This document shows, one piece after another, positions 1-9,486 of a DNA stretch of 32,000 nucleotides. The translations under genes and the position numbers were made by a program. Below the pieces are notes generated by a model. The model was given only the letters and a program-made list of their open reading frames with translations. It ran no database searches and was not told the DNA's origin. Every line of letters starts with the position of its first letter. The first letter of the stretch is position 1. Source of the stretch: Geotalea daltonii FRC-32. Its GTDB lineage: Bacteria; Desulfobacterota; Desulfuromonadia; Geobacterales; Geobacteraceae. Location: the NCBI RefSeq assembly GCF_000022265.1, contig NC_011979.1, positions 3,240,001-3,272,000 of the forward strand, read 5' to 3'.

Positions 1-86
1 TTTGTTTCCGGGCGCATGTTACGAACAAGAGTGCCTGCAGCAACAAAAACAATCAGTGTTAAAAAGGCTATGATGGTCAATTTCAT
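1..86 (-). CDS. 5' end of a further minus-strand gene with a hydrophobic N-terminus; it runs off the window
   Basis: ATG at 86..84 overlaps the TGA of the upstream glycosyltransferase (ATGA at 83..86). My hand translation is MKLTIIAFLTLIVFVAAGTLVRNMRPET, open to position 1. The fragment is too short to name. Confidence 0.35.
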   Translation of the reverse strand, partial: MKLTIIAFLTLIVFVAAGTLVRNMRPET

Positions 87-1348
87 AGGGCATTCTTACC
101 CAATATCGAATTGAAGACATCTGATAGCATTCCCGTCAATGTGCGTCCGTTGAATTTTGCAATAAATTCCGGGTTTACTTTTGGTTTAAGGCTGTTTGAC
201 TGCCATTTGCCGTATAGGTCTCGTAAAGCAAGATATACTTTCTCGGGATCCTTATCAGTGATGACATATGAATTGGAGGAGTAACTTCTGAACAATTCCG
301 CGTTGTCACCTTCAGGCAGGTCAGCAATGACAGGTTTGCCTGTCTCCAGATATTCGAATGATTTATTGGCAATCGATACGGAAAAATACCGGTCCACATG
401 GGGCAATTGAGAAAGAAACAATACATCAGATTGGTAAATGTGAGCTAAAGCCTGTTCGTGTGGCAAATTGCCGATGATCTCAACCTTGTCCTCAATGCCA
501 AAAAATTTGGCCTTTTGCATAATGCCTTTGTATGTGTCCCCTATGGATCTGAATAGTATTTTACATCCCTGCATTTTTGCCATAGCTGCAAACAGTCTGT
601 CCGGGTCTCTTTTCATTCCGTATAAATGGCCCGCATGAGATATTATCATTTTATCATTTTTCAGTTCAGGACAGTTTGATCTGAAGTCAAACCCATTGTT
701 GATTACTGATATATTCAGTTCTTTATAACGATCTTTGTATAATTGTTCTCCGCCTTTTGTATTTGTTATGAGATAGTCTGTGTATTTCAATACAAGTTTT
801 TCCATATACTTTCTCATGACTGAATAGTATGAAGGTACTTTTTCATGATAGTCCAGGGCATAGGGGTCCCTGAAATCCAATACTAGCGGGAGTTTCAGCT
901 TTTTCTTCAATAAAACCCCGGCAAGGGCTGTGGAAAAAGGTTTGCAGGTTACATAAATAAGGTCGTACCCGTGGTTTTTATAAACTTCAAGACTCTTTGA
1001 AACTGCGGAGGGGACAAATCCAACAGCGTTGTCAGGAAAAAGCAACAACCGCTCAAAAAGCCTGAAATTGCTGTCAAACCCGCACTTGTCCCAGAGTTTT
1101 CTGACCAGAACATCGGGCAGTGCCACAGCATCAAAGGTAAACTGGCTGGCTCGAAAAACATTACTATCATCGGCGGTAATGACATTGTCTTTGCTTTTTA
1201 CCGTGACAACCAAAGGCTCATAACCATAGAACGGCAGATTGTCCACAAACCTCTTGATTCTCATGCATCCTGAGGCAATGGCAGGCGGATAGTGATAAGA
1301 GAGCATCAGCACTTTTTTTTTCGGCAGTTGATCCAAGCTTTTCACCAT
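83..1348 (-). CDS. Glycosyltransferase, GT4/GT1-like (EPS locus)
   Basis: 421-aa ORF. The N-terminus KKVLMLSYHYPPAIASGCMRIKRF is typical of the GT-B GT4 family. The C-terminal half has the E-x7-E-like region (FEYLETGKPVIA). Its start overlaps the DegT stop by 7 nt. The gene is visibly AT-rich relative to its neighbours. Confidence 0.75.
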   Translation of the reverse strand: MVKSLDQLPKKKVLMLSYHYPPAIASGCMRIKRFVDNLPFYGYEPLVVTVKSKDNVITADDSNVFRASQFTFDAVALPDVLVRKLWDKCGFDSNFRLFERLLLFPDNAVGFVPSAVSKSLEVYKNHGYDLIYVTCKPFSTALAGVLLKKKLKLPLVLDFRDPYALDYHEKVPSYYSVMRKYMEKLVLKYTDYLITNTKGGEQLYKDRYKELNISVINNGFDFRSNCPELKNDKMIISHAGHLYGMKRDPDRLFAAMAKMQGCKILFRSIGDTYKGIMQKAKFFGIEDKVEIIGNLPHEQALAHIYQSDVLFLSQLPHVDRYFSVSIANKSFEYLETGKPVIADLPEGDNAELFRSYSSNSYVITDKDPEKVYLALRDLYGKWQSNSLKPKVNPEFIAKFNGRTLTGMLSDVFNSILGKNAL

Positions 1349-2541
1349 TTTTTCAAGAATTTTGTTACTCGCCGGACATCTTTGACCGTTACCAGAGGGT
1401 GAACAGGAAAGGTTATCAGTTCGCGCGCCATTTTTTCAGCGACTGGATATTCCTGGTTGAGAAACAGCTTCCTGGTCTGTTCAATGTGATTGACCGGACC
1501 AGGGTAACCCGGCATTATTCCCAAACCTGATCGTTCTGCATCATCAAGGATTTCCGTCCTGAGCCTTGAATCAGCGATCCCGATCGGGAAACGAATCAGG
1601 TCAGGTACATTTCCAGGGTTATGAAATATTCTTCCGGCCCTGGTTTTTCCCGCAAAATCTTGCCAGCACATCACTATTTCCTTGCGGGCACGTTTAAATT
1701 CGTTGATTTTGCCCAGCCACCTTCTGGCCAGTCCAGCCTGAAAGGAAGACATGTATTTCAAGGTAAAGGTGCTTGGGTAAAGGGTCTTACCAAGCCCAAG
1801 GAACGGTATGGACTTGGGTAACCAGAAAAGAGACGGCCGCATAAACAGCCACAATATAAGTCCCTGAATAACCAGCACCAGGTTTTCAATGAAAGTACAG
1901 TGGGGCAGCATCTGCAACCGTGTTTGCAGATGCTTTGCAATGTCGTCCCTGTTTGTGACGATTATTCCCCCCTCGACCGTTGATAGCGCCTTTCCCCGGC
2001 CAAGGCTGAAAAAACCAACATCGCCAAGGCATCCCAGTTTCTGCCCCCCATATTCACCCCCCATGGCCTGGGCGGCATCTTCGACGAGAATTGTCCCGGC
2101 TTCCGCCATCTGCCTGATCCTGCCGATTTCGCAGGGGATGCCGAAGAGGTGGGTGGGGATCACGCAGAGAATTCTGCCCTCCCCTTTAAGGAGCGAGGAA
2201 AGCATCTTCCGGTCGAAACCGAGGGTCCTGGAATCCATATCGCAAAGCCTGATCTTCAATCCGGCCCGGATCACCGCTGCCGGCACCGAATAGCAGGTGT
2301 AGGCAGGAATCACCACCTCTTCCCTGCCGGGCGAAAGCTCTTTCAGGGCTTGAAGGATCACCGTCAGAGCCGCCTTACCCGATGAGACGAGAAAGCAGTG
2401 CTTTACCCCGAAGTATTGCTTCAACTCATCTCTGAACCGTTCAATTTCCCGTTGGCCATTGAACAATCCGCGGATGCCGTTCAAGATATCGACAAGGGAG
2501 ATGGGCGCTGCTGCCGGCGGTATCGATCTGCCGATTCTCAT
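1342..2541 (-). CDS. DegT/DnrJ/EryC1/StrS-family PLP-dependent sugar aminotransferase
   Basis: 399-aa ORF with LVSSGKAALTVILQAL, VVIPAYTCYSVPAAV, EDAAQAMGG and a putative PLP-lysine region FFSLGRGKAL. Its ATG overlaps the FemAB-like stop (ATGA at 2538..2541). Confidence 0.8.
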   Translation of the reverse strand: MRIGRSIPPAAAPISLVDILNGIRGLFNGQREIERFRDELKQYFGVKHCFLVSSGKAALTVILQALKELSPGREEVVIPAYTCYSVPAAVIRAGLKIRLCDMDSRTLGFDRKMLSSLLKGEGRILCVIPTHLFGIPCEIGRIRQMAEAGTILVEDAAQAMGGEYGGQKLGCLGDVGFFSLGRGKALSTVEGGIIVTNRDDIAKHLQTRLQMLPHCTFIENLVLVIQGLILWLFMRPSLFWLPKSIPFLGLGKTLYPSTFTLKYMSSFQAGLARRWLGKINEFKRARKEIVMCWQDFAGKTRAGRIFHNPGNVPDLIRFPIGIADSRLRTEILDDAERSGLGIMPGYPGPVNHIEQTRKLFLNQEYPVAEKMARELITFPVHPLVTVKDVRRVTKFLKKW

Positions 2542-3575
2542 GGTATGCCGCGCACGATTTTAGGCCCCACATAATTGGCAACAGCCAGGGGCAGGCGCTG
2601 CCAGACCTTGATCATGGTCCTGTATTTGGGGTTCGACGGATTAAGTTGCGGCAGACGGGTCCCTTCCTCGATCAGATACTGCCAGTACAGGGGTACCGCC
2701 TCAGCTCCCCACTGTTTCTTGAAACGGTAGGTGCCCTCTCCCGGCGTCGAGCGGCCGAAGTCGAACCTGCGCGCCCTCATCTTCAAGGCACACCTTATGG
2801 CTTCCCAATACAGGAGGTTGTTGGGACAAAGGTTTCGATATTCCTTGATGGACGAAGCCCAGGGCACCTCCACCGTATCCCTGAACCACATCATGATGCC
2901 TGATGCTACCGTGGTGCCATCCAGCAGTACCGAGACAATTTTCGTTGTCCGGGGAAAGGTTTCCATGATGTTCCTGAAAAATTCCTTGCCGTAAACCGGC
3001 GTCCCCAGGTCCCGCATATTTCTGCAAAAGACCCTGTAGAACGGATCGAGCAGTTCCACATGCCCTGTGATCACCTTCAGGCGGCTTTTTTCGGCCTTGC
3101 GGATCTGGTTTCGCACTTTTGTATCCAGGATCTTCCATTGCGCCGCTTCGTTCTCCTGCAGCGTAAGGATCATGGTCACCTTATGGCTCCTGGTCGCCAT
3201 TCCCTTCAGGCACTTGTCCAGATGGCGCAACTCCACATGGGTTACCTCCAGCTCCTCCCTCATTGCCTTCGCCCTGTTGATAAGCAGCCTCTCCACTGTC
3301 GTGTCGTCACAGAGCACGCCACCATAATTGCAGAATGGCACTGATACCAGGTATCTGCCAAAGAGGGCGCTCTGCATCTTCACCAGCGGCAATACGCCGC
3401 ACACCTTTCCCGAGTCGCCCCTGGCCGCCAGAAAATACGCCTCATGGCCAAAGCTTTTCTCGATGACCTCTTTCCATCCATACTGGTGATAGCAGGTCCC
3501 TTCATCGTGACCGAGGACATAGGCATCCCAGGCTGAATCGCTGTTTGTGATCAAATCTACGCTGATTGGCATCAA
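2538..3575 (-). CDS. FemAB-family (GNAT-fold) protein of the type associated with PEP-CTERM/exosortase EPS loci
   Basis: 345-aa ORF. Size, position directly after the deacetylase, and motifs (CYHQYGWKEVIE..., NLLYWEAI, RFDFGRSTPGEGTYRFKKQWGA) match my recollection of FemAB-related proteins in XrtA loci. Confidence 0.75.
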   Translation of the reverse strand: MMPISVDLITNSDSAWDAYVLGHDEGTCYHQYGWKEVIEKSFGHEAYFLAARGDSGKVCGVLPLVKMQSALFGRYLVSVPFCNYGGVLCDDTTVERLLINRAKAMREELEVTHVELRHLDKCLKGMATRSHKVTMILTLQENEAAQWKILDTKVRNQIRKAEKSRLKVITGHVELLDPFYRVFCRNMRDLGTPVYGKEFFRNIMETFPRTTKIVSVLLDGTTVASGIMMWFRDTVEVPWASSIKEYRNLCPNNLLYWEAIRCALKMRARRFDFGRSTPGEGTYRFKKQWGAEAVPLYWQYLIEEGTRLPQLNPSNPKYRTMIKVWQRLPLAVANYVGPKIVRGIP

Positions 3576-3590
3576 TGGAATCCTTGGTTT

Positions 3591-4487
3591 CTAATTGGCA
3601 GCAACCTGCCCTGCGTTGATATGGGCATCGCTCCCGGAGCCGATTATTTCCTGCTTCAGGACTTCTCCCATGCTGGTGAATTTCAGATGGTCCAGCAGGT
3701 ACCTCACCTTGCCTTCCATTTGCTCAAGGTTCAGGTAATGGCGGAAGGAGGACTTCAATCCGGCTTTTATGCGCGGCTGTCCCGGGTCTATTTCCCATGG
3801 ATGAAAATAGACTACCGCCGGCTGCAGCTCTTTCTCGTTCACCCGCCTTATGGCCCACGCCACCAATTGGGCGGGTAAAAGCCTGAGATATCCCCCCCCG
3901 GCCACCGGCAACGTCCATTTCCGTCCCCCAAACTGCAGCGGCAATGTGGTGATAGGAAATTCCCTGAGCCTGCCGGATTTGGTCTCGATGTCATGGATAA
4001 ACCTGTTGCCCCCGGGGATGCCGTAAATATCATGGACTATGGGAAAGATGCTCGAATCGAAGGTAAATCCCTCTTCCACCAGGATCTCCTGGGCCCAGAG
4101 GGATCTGCCGGTTATCGAATAACTGGGCGCCCTGTAACCGCAGACAGCCATACCGGTGATATCTTCAAGGAGTGCTTTCGACCGGCGGATATCCTGGCGA
4201 AACCGTTCACGGCCTATTTCATAAACCAGCTGATGACTGTAGCCATGGCAGGCGATCTCGTGGCCACGGGATCGTATTTCCCGCACCAGGTCAGGGAGGC
4301 GGTTGGCCAGCCAGCCGAGAATGAAGAAGGTGGCCCTGATCGATCGGATTTCCAGGAGTTCCAGAATTCTCAGGGTGTTTTCCCTTGCCCGTATGGGGAA
4401 ATTGTCCCAGTCGGCCATCTTTACGCGACCGGCAAATGCCGTCACCTGGAAGTAGTCCTCCACATCGATGGTAAGTGCATTATCCAT
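3591..4487 (-). CDS. Polysaccharide deacetylase (NodB-like), XrtA/PEP-CTERM-locus subfamily
   Basis: The ORF track gives 3591..4532. I prefer the ATG at 4487 (MDNALTIDVEDYFQV...), which is the usual N-terminus of this subfamily. It follows GGAG and removes the 29-nt overlap with the upstream gene. A histidine motif (EIACHGYSH) is present. Confidence 0.85.
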   Translation of the reverse strand: MDNALTIDVEDYFQVTAFAGRVKMADWDNFPIRARENTLRILELLEIRSIRATFFILGWLANRLPDLVREIRSRGHEIACHGYSHQLVYEIGRERFRQDIRRSKALLEDITGMAVCGYRAPSYSITGRSLWAQEILVEEGFTFDSSIFPIVHDIYGIPGGNRFIHDIETKSGRLREFPITTLPLQFGGRKWTLPVAGGGYLRLLPAQLVAWAIRRVNEKELQPAVVYFHPWEIDPGQPRIKAGLKSSFRHYLNLEQMEGKVRYLLDHLKFTSMGEVLKQEIIGSGSDAHINAGQVAAN

Positions 4488-4503
4488 GGGGCTCCGTAGC
4501 GGC

Positions 4504-5802
4504 TCAGAAAACCTTTCTGAATTCAAGGGCAATCCTGTTCACTTGCCCCTGGTAGCCGGAAAAATAGTTGGCGTACCGATAGAGGGCGGAAGCTGACATA
4601 CCCTCGCCGAAAGTATAAGTGATGCCGGTTGCGACCAGCAACCTGTGGGTATCGTTGTTGCTGGTAGAGAGATTATTGCTGGAAATCAGGCTGTTGTTCT
4701 CATAGCGGGAACCTTCCACGGTCATGTCGGCAGCCAAGCGGTTCAACAGTTCATACCGCCCTCTTATGGCGGCTGTAGCTCGTTGGGTTACCAGTCGGTC
4801 AAGTTCCGTGTCTACGAACCTGGAATAGGAAATCATGCCGCCCACCAGTCCCTTGGAAAGTAGCAGATCTATCGCTCCAGAATAGCTGGTCTCCTTGGTG
4901 ACCGCTCTCAGGGGGTCCTCGTCGTAAAATACCCTGGTGTTCAAGGTAGTTAACACGTTGCCCATCTGATGCTTTATCTCTGCGACCCAGAACGGAGCGT
5001 TGTACCGTCGCCCCTGCCGGTAGCGAATGGTTGTCCAGCCCCCTTTGAGGGAAATGAGCGATGTGCCATCAGGCCCGTATTTCTTTTCCAGCCCAAGGTA
5101 CGAGTCCTGCTTGTTGGAACTTCCCGAGGACCGGTCAGTACGGGTAAAGGAATATCCGGCGCTGGCCCTGGCGTTCCTGGCGAACTCGTAGGCAACCTCG
5201 CCGAAGCCGGTATGCGCCCTTCTTGAAATGCTGTCGACCTGGCGCAGGGCCACAATTTGAGCTTCATCAGGTCTCTGATACCAGATGTTGGTATACCGGT
5301 AACCCAAACGGGTTGTGGTTCTCGGCGAAAGATTGAAGGAGAAGTATGGCGTGGCGGTGAGGTCGTTCTGGTCGGTCTGGCCGACGAACAGGCTTTCCTG
5401 GGTCACATCCCGCGACACATCCAGGGAAACTCTCTGGTAGTTGTCCCCCGCATCCAGGAACAGCAATTGGTCAATCAGTGCCAAATGTGCATTGACATTG
5501 GCATAATGGGTATCATCGTCCTTCCTTGACTGGCGCAGGTAATAGCGGTAGTCATACCGATACTCCCCGTCAACCGTACCTATGGGGGCCTCATACCTGA
5601 GCTGGATGCCGGGCATGGCCCGCGTTATGTAATCGCTCTTTTTGTTGTTCTTGTTTTCGTAGACGTTGTCCGTAAACTCCTCGCTTACTGTAATGCCGGG
5701 ATGCATCTCGAAATCGGCAAGGGCATCCCCCTCGGCAAAAACAGACAAAAAGAGGCAGAAGAACAGTAAACGGCAAATGTAAAGAAAGCCTTTGTTTTTC
5801 AT
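4504..5802 (-). CDS. Outer-membrane beta-barrel protein of the PEP-CTERM-locus type
   Basis: The track ORF extends to 5994, but that extension overlaps the ATPase gene. The internal ATG at 5802 gives a signal peptide (MKNKGFLYICRLLFFCLFLSVFAEG). The protein is rich in Y/R/T/G alternating strands and ends in ...ALEFRKVF, a terminal aromatic typical of OM barrels. Confidence 0.7.
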   Translation of the reverse strand: MKNKGFLYICRLLFFCLFLSVFAEGDALADFEMHPGITVSEEFTDNVYENKNNKKSDYITRAMPGIQLRYEAPIGTVDGEYRYDYRYYLRQSRKDDDTHYANVNAHLALIDQLLFLDAGDNYQRVSLDVSRDVTQESLFVGQTDQNDLTATPYFSFNLSPRTTTRLGYRYTNIWYQRPDEAQIVALRQVDSISRRAHTGFGEVAYEFARNARASAGYSFTRTDRSSGSSNKQDSYLGLEKKYGPDGTSLISLKGGWTTIRYRQGRRYNAPFWVAEIKHQMGNVLTTLNTRVFYDEDPLRAVTKETSYSGAIDLLLSKGLVGGMISYSRFVDTELDRLVTQRATAAIRGRYELLNRLAADMTVEGSRYENNSLISSNNLSTSNNDTHRLLVATGITYTFGEGMSASALYRYANYFSGYQGQVNRIALEFRKVF

Positions 5803-5803
5803 T

Positions 5804-6967
5804 TCAGTTTCCAAAAATGCGGCGGATAAAGTTGGTTTTCTCTTCTTTCTGCATCGCCGGCTGACTTGCAGCATGGCTGGACTTTTCCATGTAGCTGTCC
5901 ATCTTGCGCCTGATCTCGCTGATGGAATGATCGGTCTCGCCACGATAGGTTGTGACCAGGTTCTGCACGGATTTGATCCTGTTGCCGATATCATTCACCA
6001 TGTTGGTATTGAACCTGGTGGATTCCTTTTCAAGGGATTCCAGCCTCGACCTGATATCAACCAGCACTGAAGCCAATTGACTCTCTTTCTCACTGTTTCC
6101 GGCACCCGCACCATCAACTGAGCCTTTATCGGTTTCGGCAATGGTTGTCTTCCAATACTGGTTTTCAAAGTCCAGGTCGCCGATGATCTCGTGGACCATT
6201 TGGCCGTCAAGCTTCTTTAGGCCTTCGGCAGCGGCCGAGAGCATGAGGAAGTCGCAGATGATGTTGATCAGCCTGGGGATCCCCCTGCTGTATGTGAAGA
6301 TGTTATCCAGGGCCTCCGTTTCGAAGATCACGGCTGCACGGTCCCCGGCCACATCCAGCCGGTGATGGATGTACTCCTCGACCTCCTGACGGGACAATGG
6401 CTGCAGGTGGCAGTTGATGCTGATTCTCTGCCTGAGCTGCAGCAATTCCGTACGCGCCAGGGTCTTGCGTAACTCCGGCTGGCCCACCAGTATGATCTGC
6501 ATCAGCTTGGCGTGATCGGTTTCAAGGTTGGACAGCAGGCGCACCTCTTCCAGGAGCGAGGCACTGAGATTCTGGGCCTCGTCTATGACCAGGGTCGGCT
6601 GGTTTCCCTTGGCATATTGCTCTATGAGAAAAACGTTCAGGTCCCTGAGCAGCTCTATCTTGTCCTTGCCGTGCACCGGCAGGCCGAAGTCGTCATTGAT
6701 CATGGAAATCAGCTGCTCGGAATTCACCCTGGTATTGAAAATTTTGCCCAACAACACCCTTTCGTGGTTTTTCTTTATCAGGTCCCGGATGATGGTCGTC
6801 TTGCCTGAACCCACTTCACCGGTGAGCAGGATAAAGCCAGAGCGCTCCTTGATGCCGTAGTTCAGATAGGTCAGTGCCCTTTTGTGAGATTTGCTCAGGT
6901 ACATGAAATCCGGATTGGGCAACAGGTCGAACGGCTTTTTGGTCAACTTGAAATATGATTCGTACAT
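5804..6967 (-). CDS. ExeA/GspA-like AAA ATPase, XrtA/PEP-CTERM system-associated
   Basis: Walker A is LLTGEVGSGKTT and Walker B is LVIDEAQNL. The preferred start is the ATG at 6967 (MYESYFKLTKKPF...), preceded by AAGGGGAGAAGG. The track start at 7015 would overlap the upstream gene. The C-terminal ~100 aa look coiled-coil. Confidence 0.85.
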   Translation of the reverse strand: MYESYFKLTKKPFDLLPNPDFMYLSKSHKRALTYLNYGIKERSGFILLTGEVGSGKTTIIRDLIKKNHERVLLGKIFNTRVNSEQLISMINDDFGLPVHGKDKIELLRDLNVFLIEQYAKGNQPTLVIDEAQNLSASLLEEVRLLSNLETDHAKLMQIILVGQPELRKTLARTELLQLRQRISINCHLQPLSRQEVEEYIHHRLDVAGDRAAVIFETEALDNIFTYSRGIPRLINIICDFLMLSAAAEGLKKLDGQMVHEIIGDLDFENQYWKTTIAETDKGSVDGAGAGNSEKESQLASVLVDIRSRLESLEKESTRFNTNMVNDIGNRIKSVQNLVTTYRGETDHSISEIRRKMDSYMEKSSHAASQPAMQKEEKTNFIRRIFGN

Positions 6968-7011
6968 GCCTTCTCCCCTTATGGGACGTCTCCGTTGCTG
7001 ATCCGGTTCCT

Positions 7012-7857
7012 TCACCAGGCATACTGCTTATGCTGATAATAATCGTGATAATGCCCGTTGAGGTTCTCATTCACCGTTTCGTTGTAAACGATCCCCAACA
7101 GATTGCTCTTATCCAAGGCGGTCAGCGCATCGTTGACTTCCTTGACGCTGGCAGCCCCTTCCTTGACCACAAACACGATCCCGTCGACAATGGTGCTGAT
7201 GGTGCGGGTTTCGGCAAAAAGCAGCACCGGCGGCGTATCGATGATTATATAACGGTCAGGGTAACGGCTTTTGATCTCGGCTATCAGGCTCTTCATCTTC
7301 GACGAGGAGAACAGCTCACCCGGATTCTCCACCTTTTTCCCGTAGGGCAGGATCGACAGTTTTCCTATGCCGGTCTTGATCAGCGTCTCCCCCACATCGA
7401 TTCCCCTGGTGAGACAATCGGTAAGACCCAGTTTCGGCTCGAAACCGAAATATTTATGAATTGAAGGTTTTCTCAGGTCTGCATCCACCAGGAGCACCGT
7501 ATGGTCGAATTCCTGGGCCAGACTCACGGCCAGATTTATTGCCGTTATGCTCTTCCCCTCGCTGGCAAAGGCACTGGTAACCATGAGGGTATTCCTGAAC
7601 CGGTCGCCGTTGGTGAGCTTGACCAGAAGGGACTTCAGCTTTCGGTATTCTTCAGCCACGGACGTCTGCGGTGCGGTAACGCTTACCACCAGCGGATTTT
7701 TCACCTTCAGCCTTTCATTGGGCATCGGCTGCTGATAAGCATGCACAGATCCATGGGCAACGGCCAATGGCGAGCCGGGCACTTTGCCCAGGGCTGCTTT
7801 GCCATCCGTACCCCGCATTTTCGCCGCTTTCTCCAGTGCTTCTTCTATTCTGCTCAT
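7012..7857 (-). CDS. Bacterial tyrosine (BY) autokinase, EpsG/Wzc C-terminal-domain type
   Basis: P-loop VTSAFASEGKS, Walker A' LLVDADLRKP and Walker B IIIDTPPV. The C-terminal tail is Tyr-rich (GHYHDYYQHKQYAW). Confidence 0.8.
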   Translation of the reverse strand: MSRIEEALEKAAKMRGTDGKAALGKVPGSPLAVAHGSVHAYQQPMPNERLKVKNPLVVSVTAPQTSVAEEYRKLKSLLVKLTNGDRFRNTLMVTSAFASEGKSITAINLAVSLAQEFDHTVLLVDADLRKPSIHKYFGFEPKLGLTDCLTRGIDVGETLIKTGIGKLSILPYGKKVENPGELFSSSKMKSLIAEIKSRYPDRYIIIDTPPVLLFAETRTISTIVDGIVFVVKEGAASVKEVNDALTALDKSNLLGIVYNETVNENLNGHYHDYYQHKQYAW

Positions 7858-7894
7858 AAAATTTCCTCTCCTGTTTGGCTTTCTCCGTAACCTT

Positions 7895-9397
7895 TCATTT
7901 AAATTGCCCCACGGCTTGGGACAAGTACTGCTTCAGCTGGAGGGAATTCAGGGATGAGGAGAAGAGGGGTATTTGCAAGAGCTCCAGCAACAGGACAATA
8001 AGTATGAGCGAAAAATAACAGGCCGAAATGGCGTAGAGCCTGACATCGTGAGCCTTTTGCAATTTGATCTCTGCCGGGATCTGCATCTTGGGAATGACCG
8101 CCAGTACCGGCAATCCCAGTGCCTTGAGCCCATCCAGGCTCTTCACCGATTCATCATAATAATCCAGGAGCAGCACCAGACCGAATGCAACCGCAAGGCC
8201 CCCGGCAATCCCCCCGAGAATGATGGCGATCCTGTTGGGACTTATGGGCTTGACCGGCAACACTGCAGGGTCGACTATTCTGAAAGTGGTCCCCTTGTCC
8301 TCCACCTCCATCTGTTTTGAGAACTCCGACTGCCCATGGCGTGTGACAAGCTGGTCGTAGACCTGTTTCTGATTGGCCTTGTCACGTTCCAGCTGTTCCA
8401 GTTCTGCCCTTGCTGCGGGAATGTTGCGAAGCATAGCCCGTGACGAGGCAATATTGGCGTACTGCTTGGACTCGGCCGATCTGAGGACCCTGAGTTCGGC
8501 GTCGATCCTCTCCAGTTCCTGCATTTCCGCTCCACCCAGTCTCGCTTGGCCGGAGGAAGCAAGAGCCTGTTCCCGCACCGATTCTATTTCTGACTTCAAC
8601 CGCATGACTTCAGGATAGCGATCAGTGTATTCAACCCGCATCTCCTCCAGCTTTTTCTCCAGTGTCTGTAATCGCATCTGGGCTGGATTGTGCTTTTTCA
8701 GCTGATTGCGTGAAGCTTCAAGCTGTGCTTTTCGAAACGCTATCTCGTCAATTCTCTGCTGCGCCCCCGATATTTCCCTTTCCAATGCAGCCGGGTCAGC
8801 CGTTGCGACCGAACCCTTCTCCATTCTGAACCTGCTGACTTCTGCCTCCGCCTTGTCCATTTTCTCTTTCAATACGGTGATCTGCTCCGAAAGAAACTTG
8901 CTGGCGCCATAGGATTCGGCCCGTATCGAAGAAGAGTTTTCTTCGATGTATCGCCTTACCAGGGTGTTCACGTAATCCCTGGCCCGCTTCGGGTTTTCCC
9001 CCGTATATGAAATGGTGAAGAGATTTTCCTTGTCTCTGAGCTCGACTTTAGTGTCCTTCTGAAACTGGCTTATCAATGTATCAGTATCGCCGTTCTTGCC
9101 AAGATTCAGGTCAAGATCGCTGACGACTTTCTGCAATAAGGGGCGGCTTGCCATGGCATAATTCAGGCCCTTGATTTTGTCCTCCATGGATGGAGTCACT
9201 GCGAAGCCTCTGACCAGCTCATTTATCAGTGCTTTTTCGATAAACACCGTGCACTTTGCCTCATATTTTTCAGGCAGAACATAACTGACGATAACAGTAA
9301 TGGTCATGACTGCCAGTGCCGTCACCAGAAAGAGTGTTTTGCGCTGCTTGACCAGATTCAGATATCGCTTGTAATCGAAATCATTCGTTGTCGGCAT
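7895..9397 (-). CDS. Polysaccharide chain-length determinant (Wzz/PCP-type, EpsF-like)
   Basis: 500 aa. There is an N-terminal TM (LFLVTALAVMTITVIVSYVL), a long coiled-coil periplasmic region, and the proline motif PVKPISPNR followed by a second TM (IAIILGGIAGGLAVAFGLVLLL). Confidence 0.85.
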   Translation of the reverse strand: MPTTNDFDYKRYLNLVKQRKTLFLVTALAVMTITVIVSYVLPEKYEAKCTVFIEKALINELVRGFAVTPSMEDKIKGLNYAMASRPLLQKVVSDLDLNLGKNGDTDTLISQFQKDTKVELRDKENLFTISYTGENPKRARDYVNTLVRRYIEENSSSIRAESYGASKFLSEQITVLKEKMDKAEAEVSRFRMEKGSVATADPAALEREISGAQQRIDEIAFRKAQLEASRNQLKKHNPAQMRLQTLEKKLEEMRVEYTDRYPEVMRLKSEIESVREQALASSGQARLGGAEMQELERIDAELRVLRSAESKQYANIASSRAMLRNIPAARAELEQLERDKANQKQVYDQLVTRHGQSEFSKQMEVEDKGTTFRIVDPAVLPVKPISPNRIAIILGGIAGGLAVAFGLVLLLDYYDESVKSLDGLKALGLPVLAVIPKMQIPAEIKLQKAHDVRLYAISACYFSLILIVLLLELLQIPLFSSSLNSLQLKQYLSQAVGQFK

Positions 9398-9486
9398 AAC
9401 AACTCCATATGACTTATTTTATTTACCTACCCCTCTCAATCCACCCTGTTCCATAGGGAGGAAGCGAACGTAAGTGGCAGGGGTAA

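Noticed and set aside
5803-5994. N-terminal extension of the OM barrel ORF (track start 5994)
   Set aside because: The extension overlaps the 3' end of the ATPase gene in another frame. The internal ATG at 5802 gives a proper signal peptide immediately after the ATPase stop.
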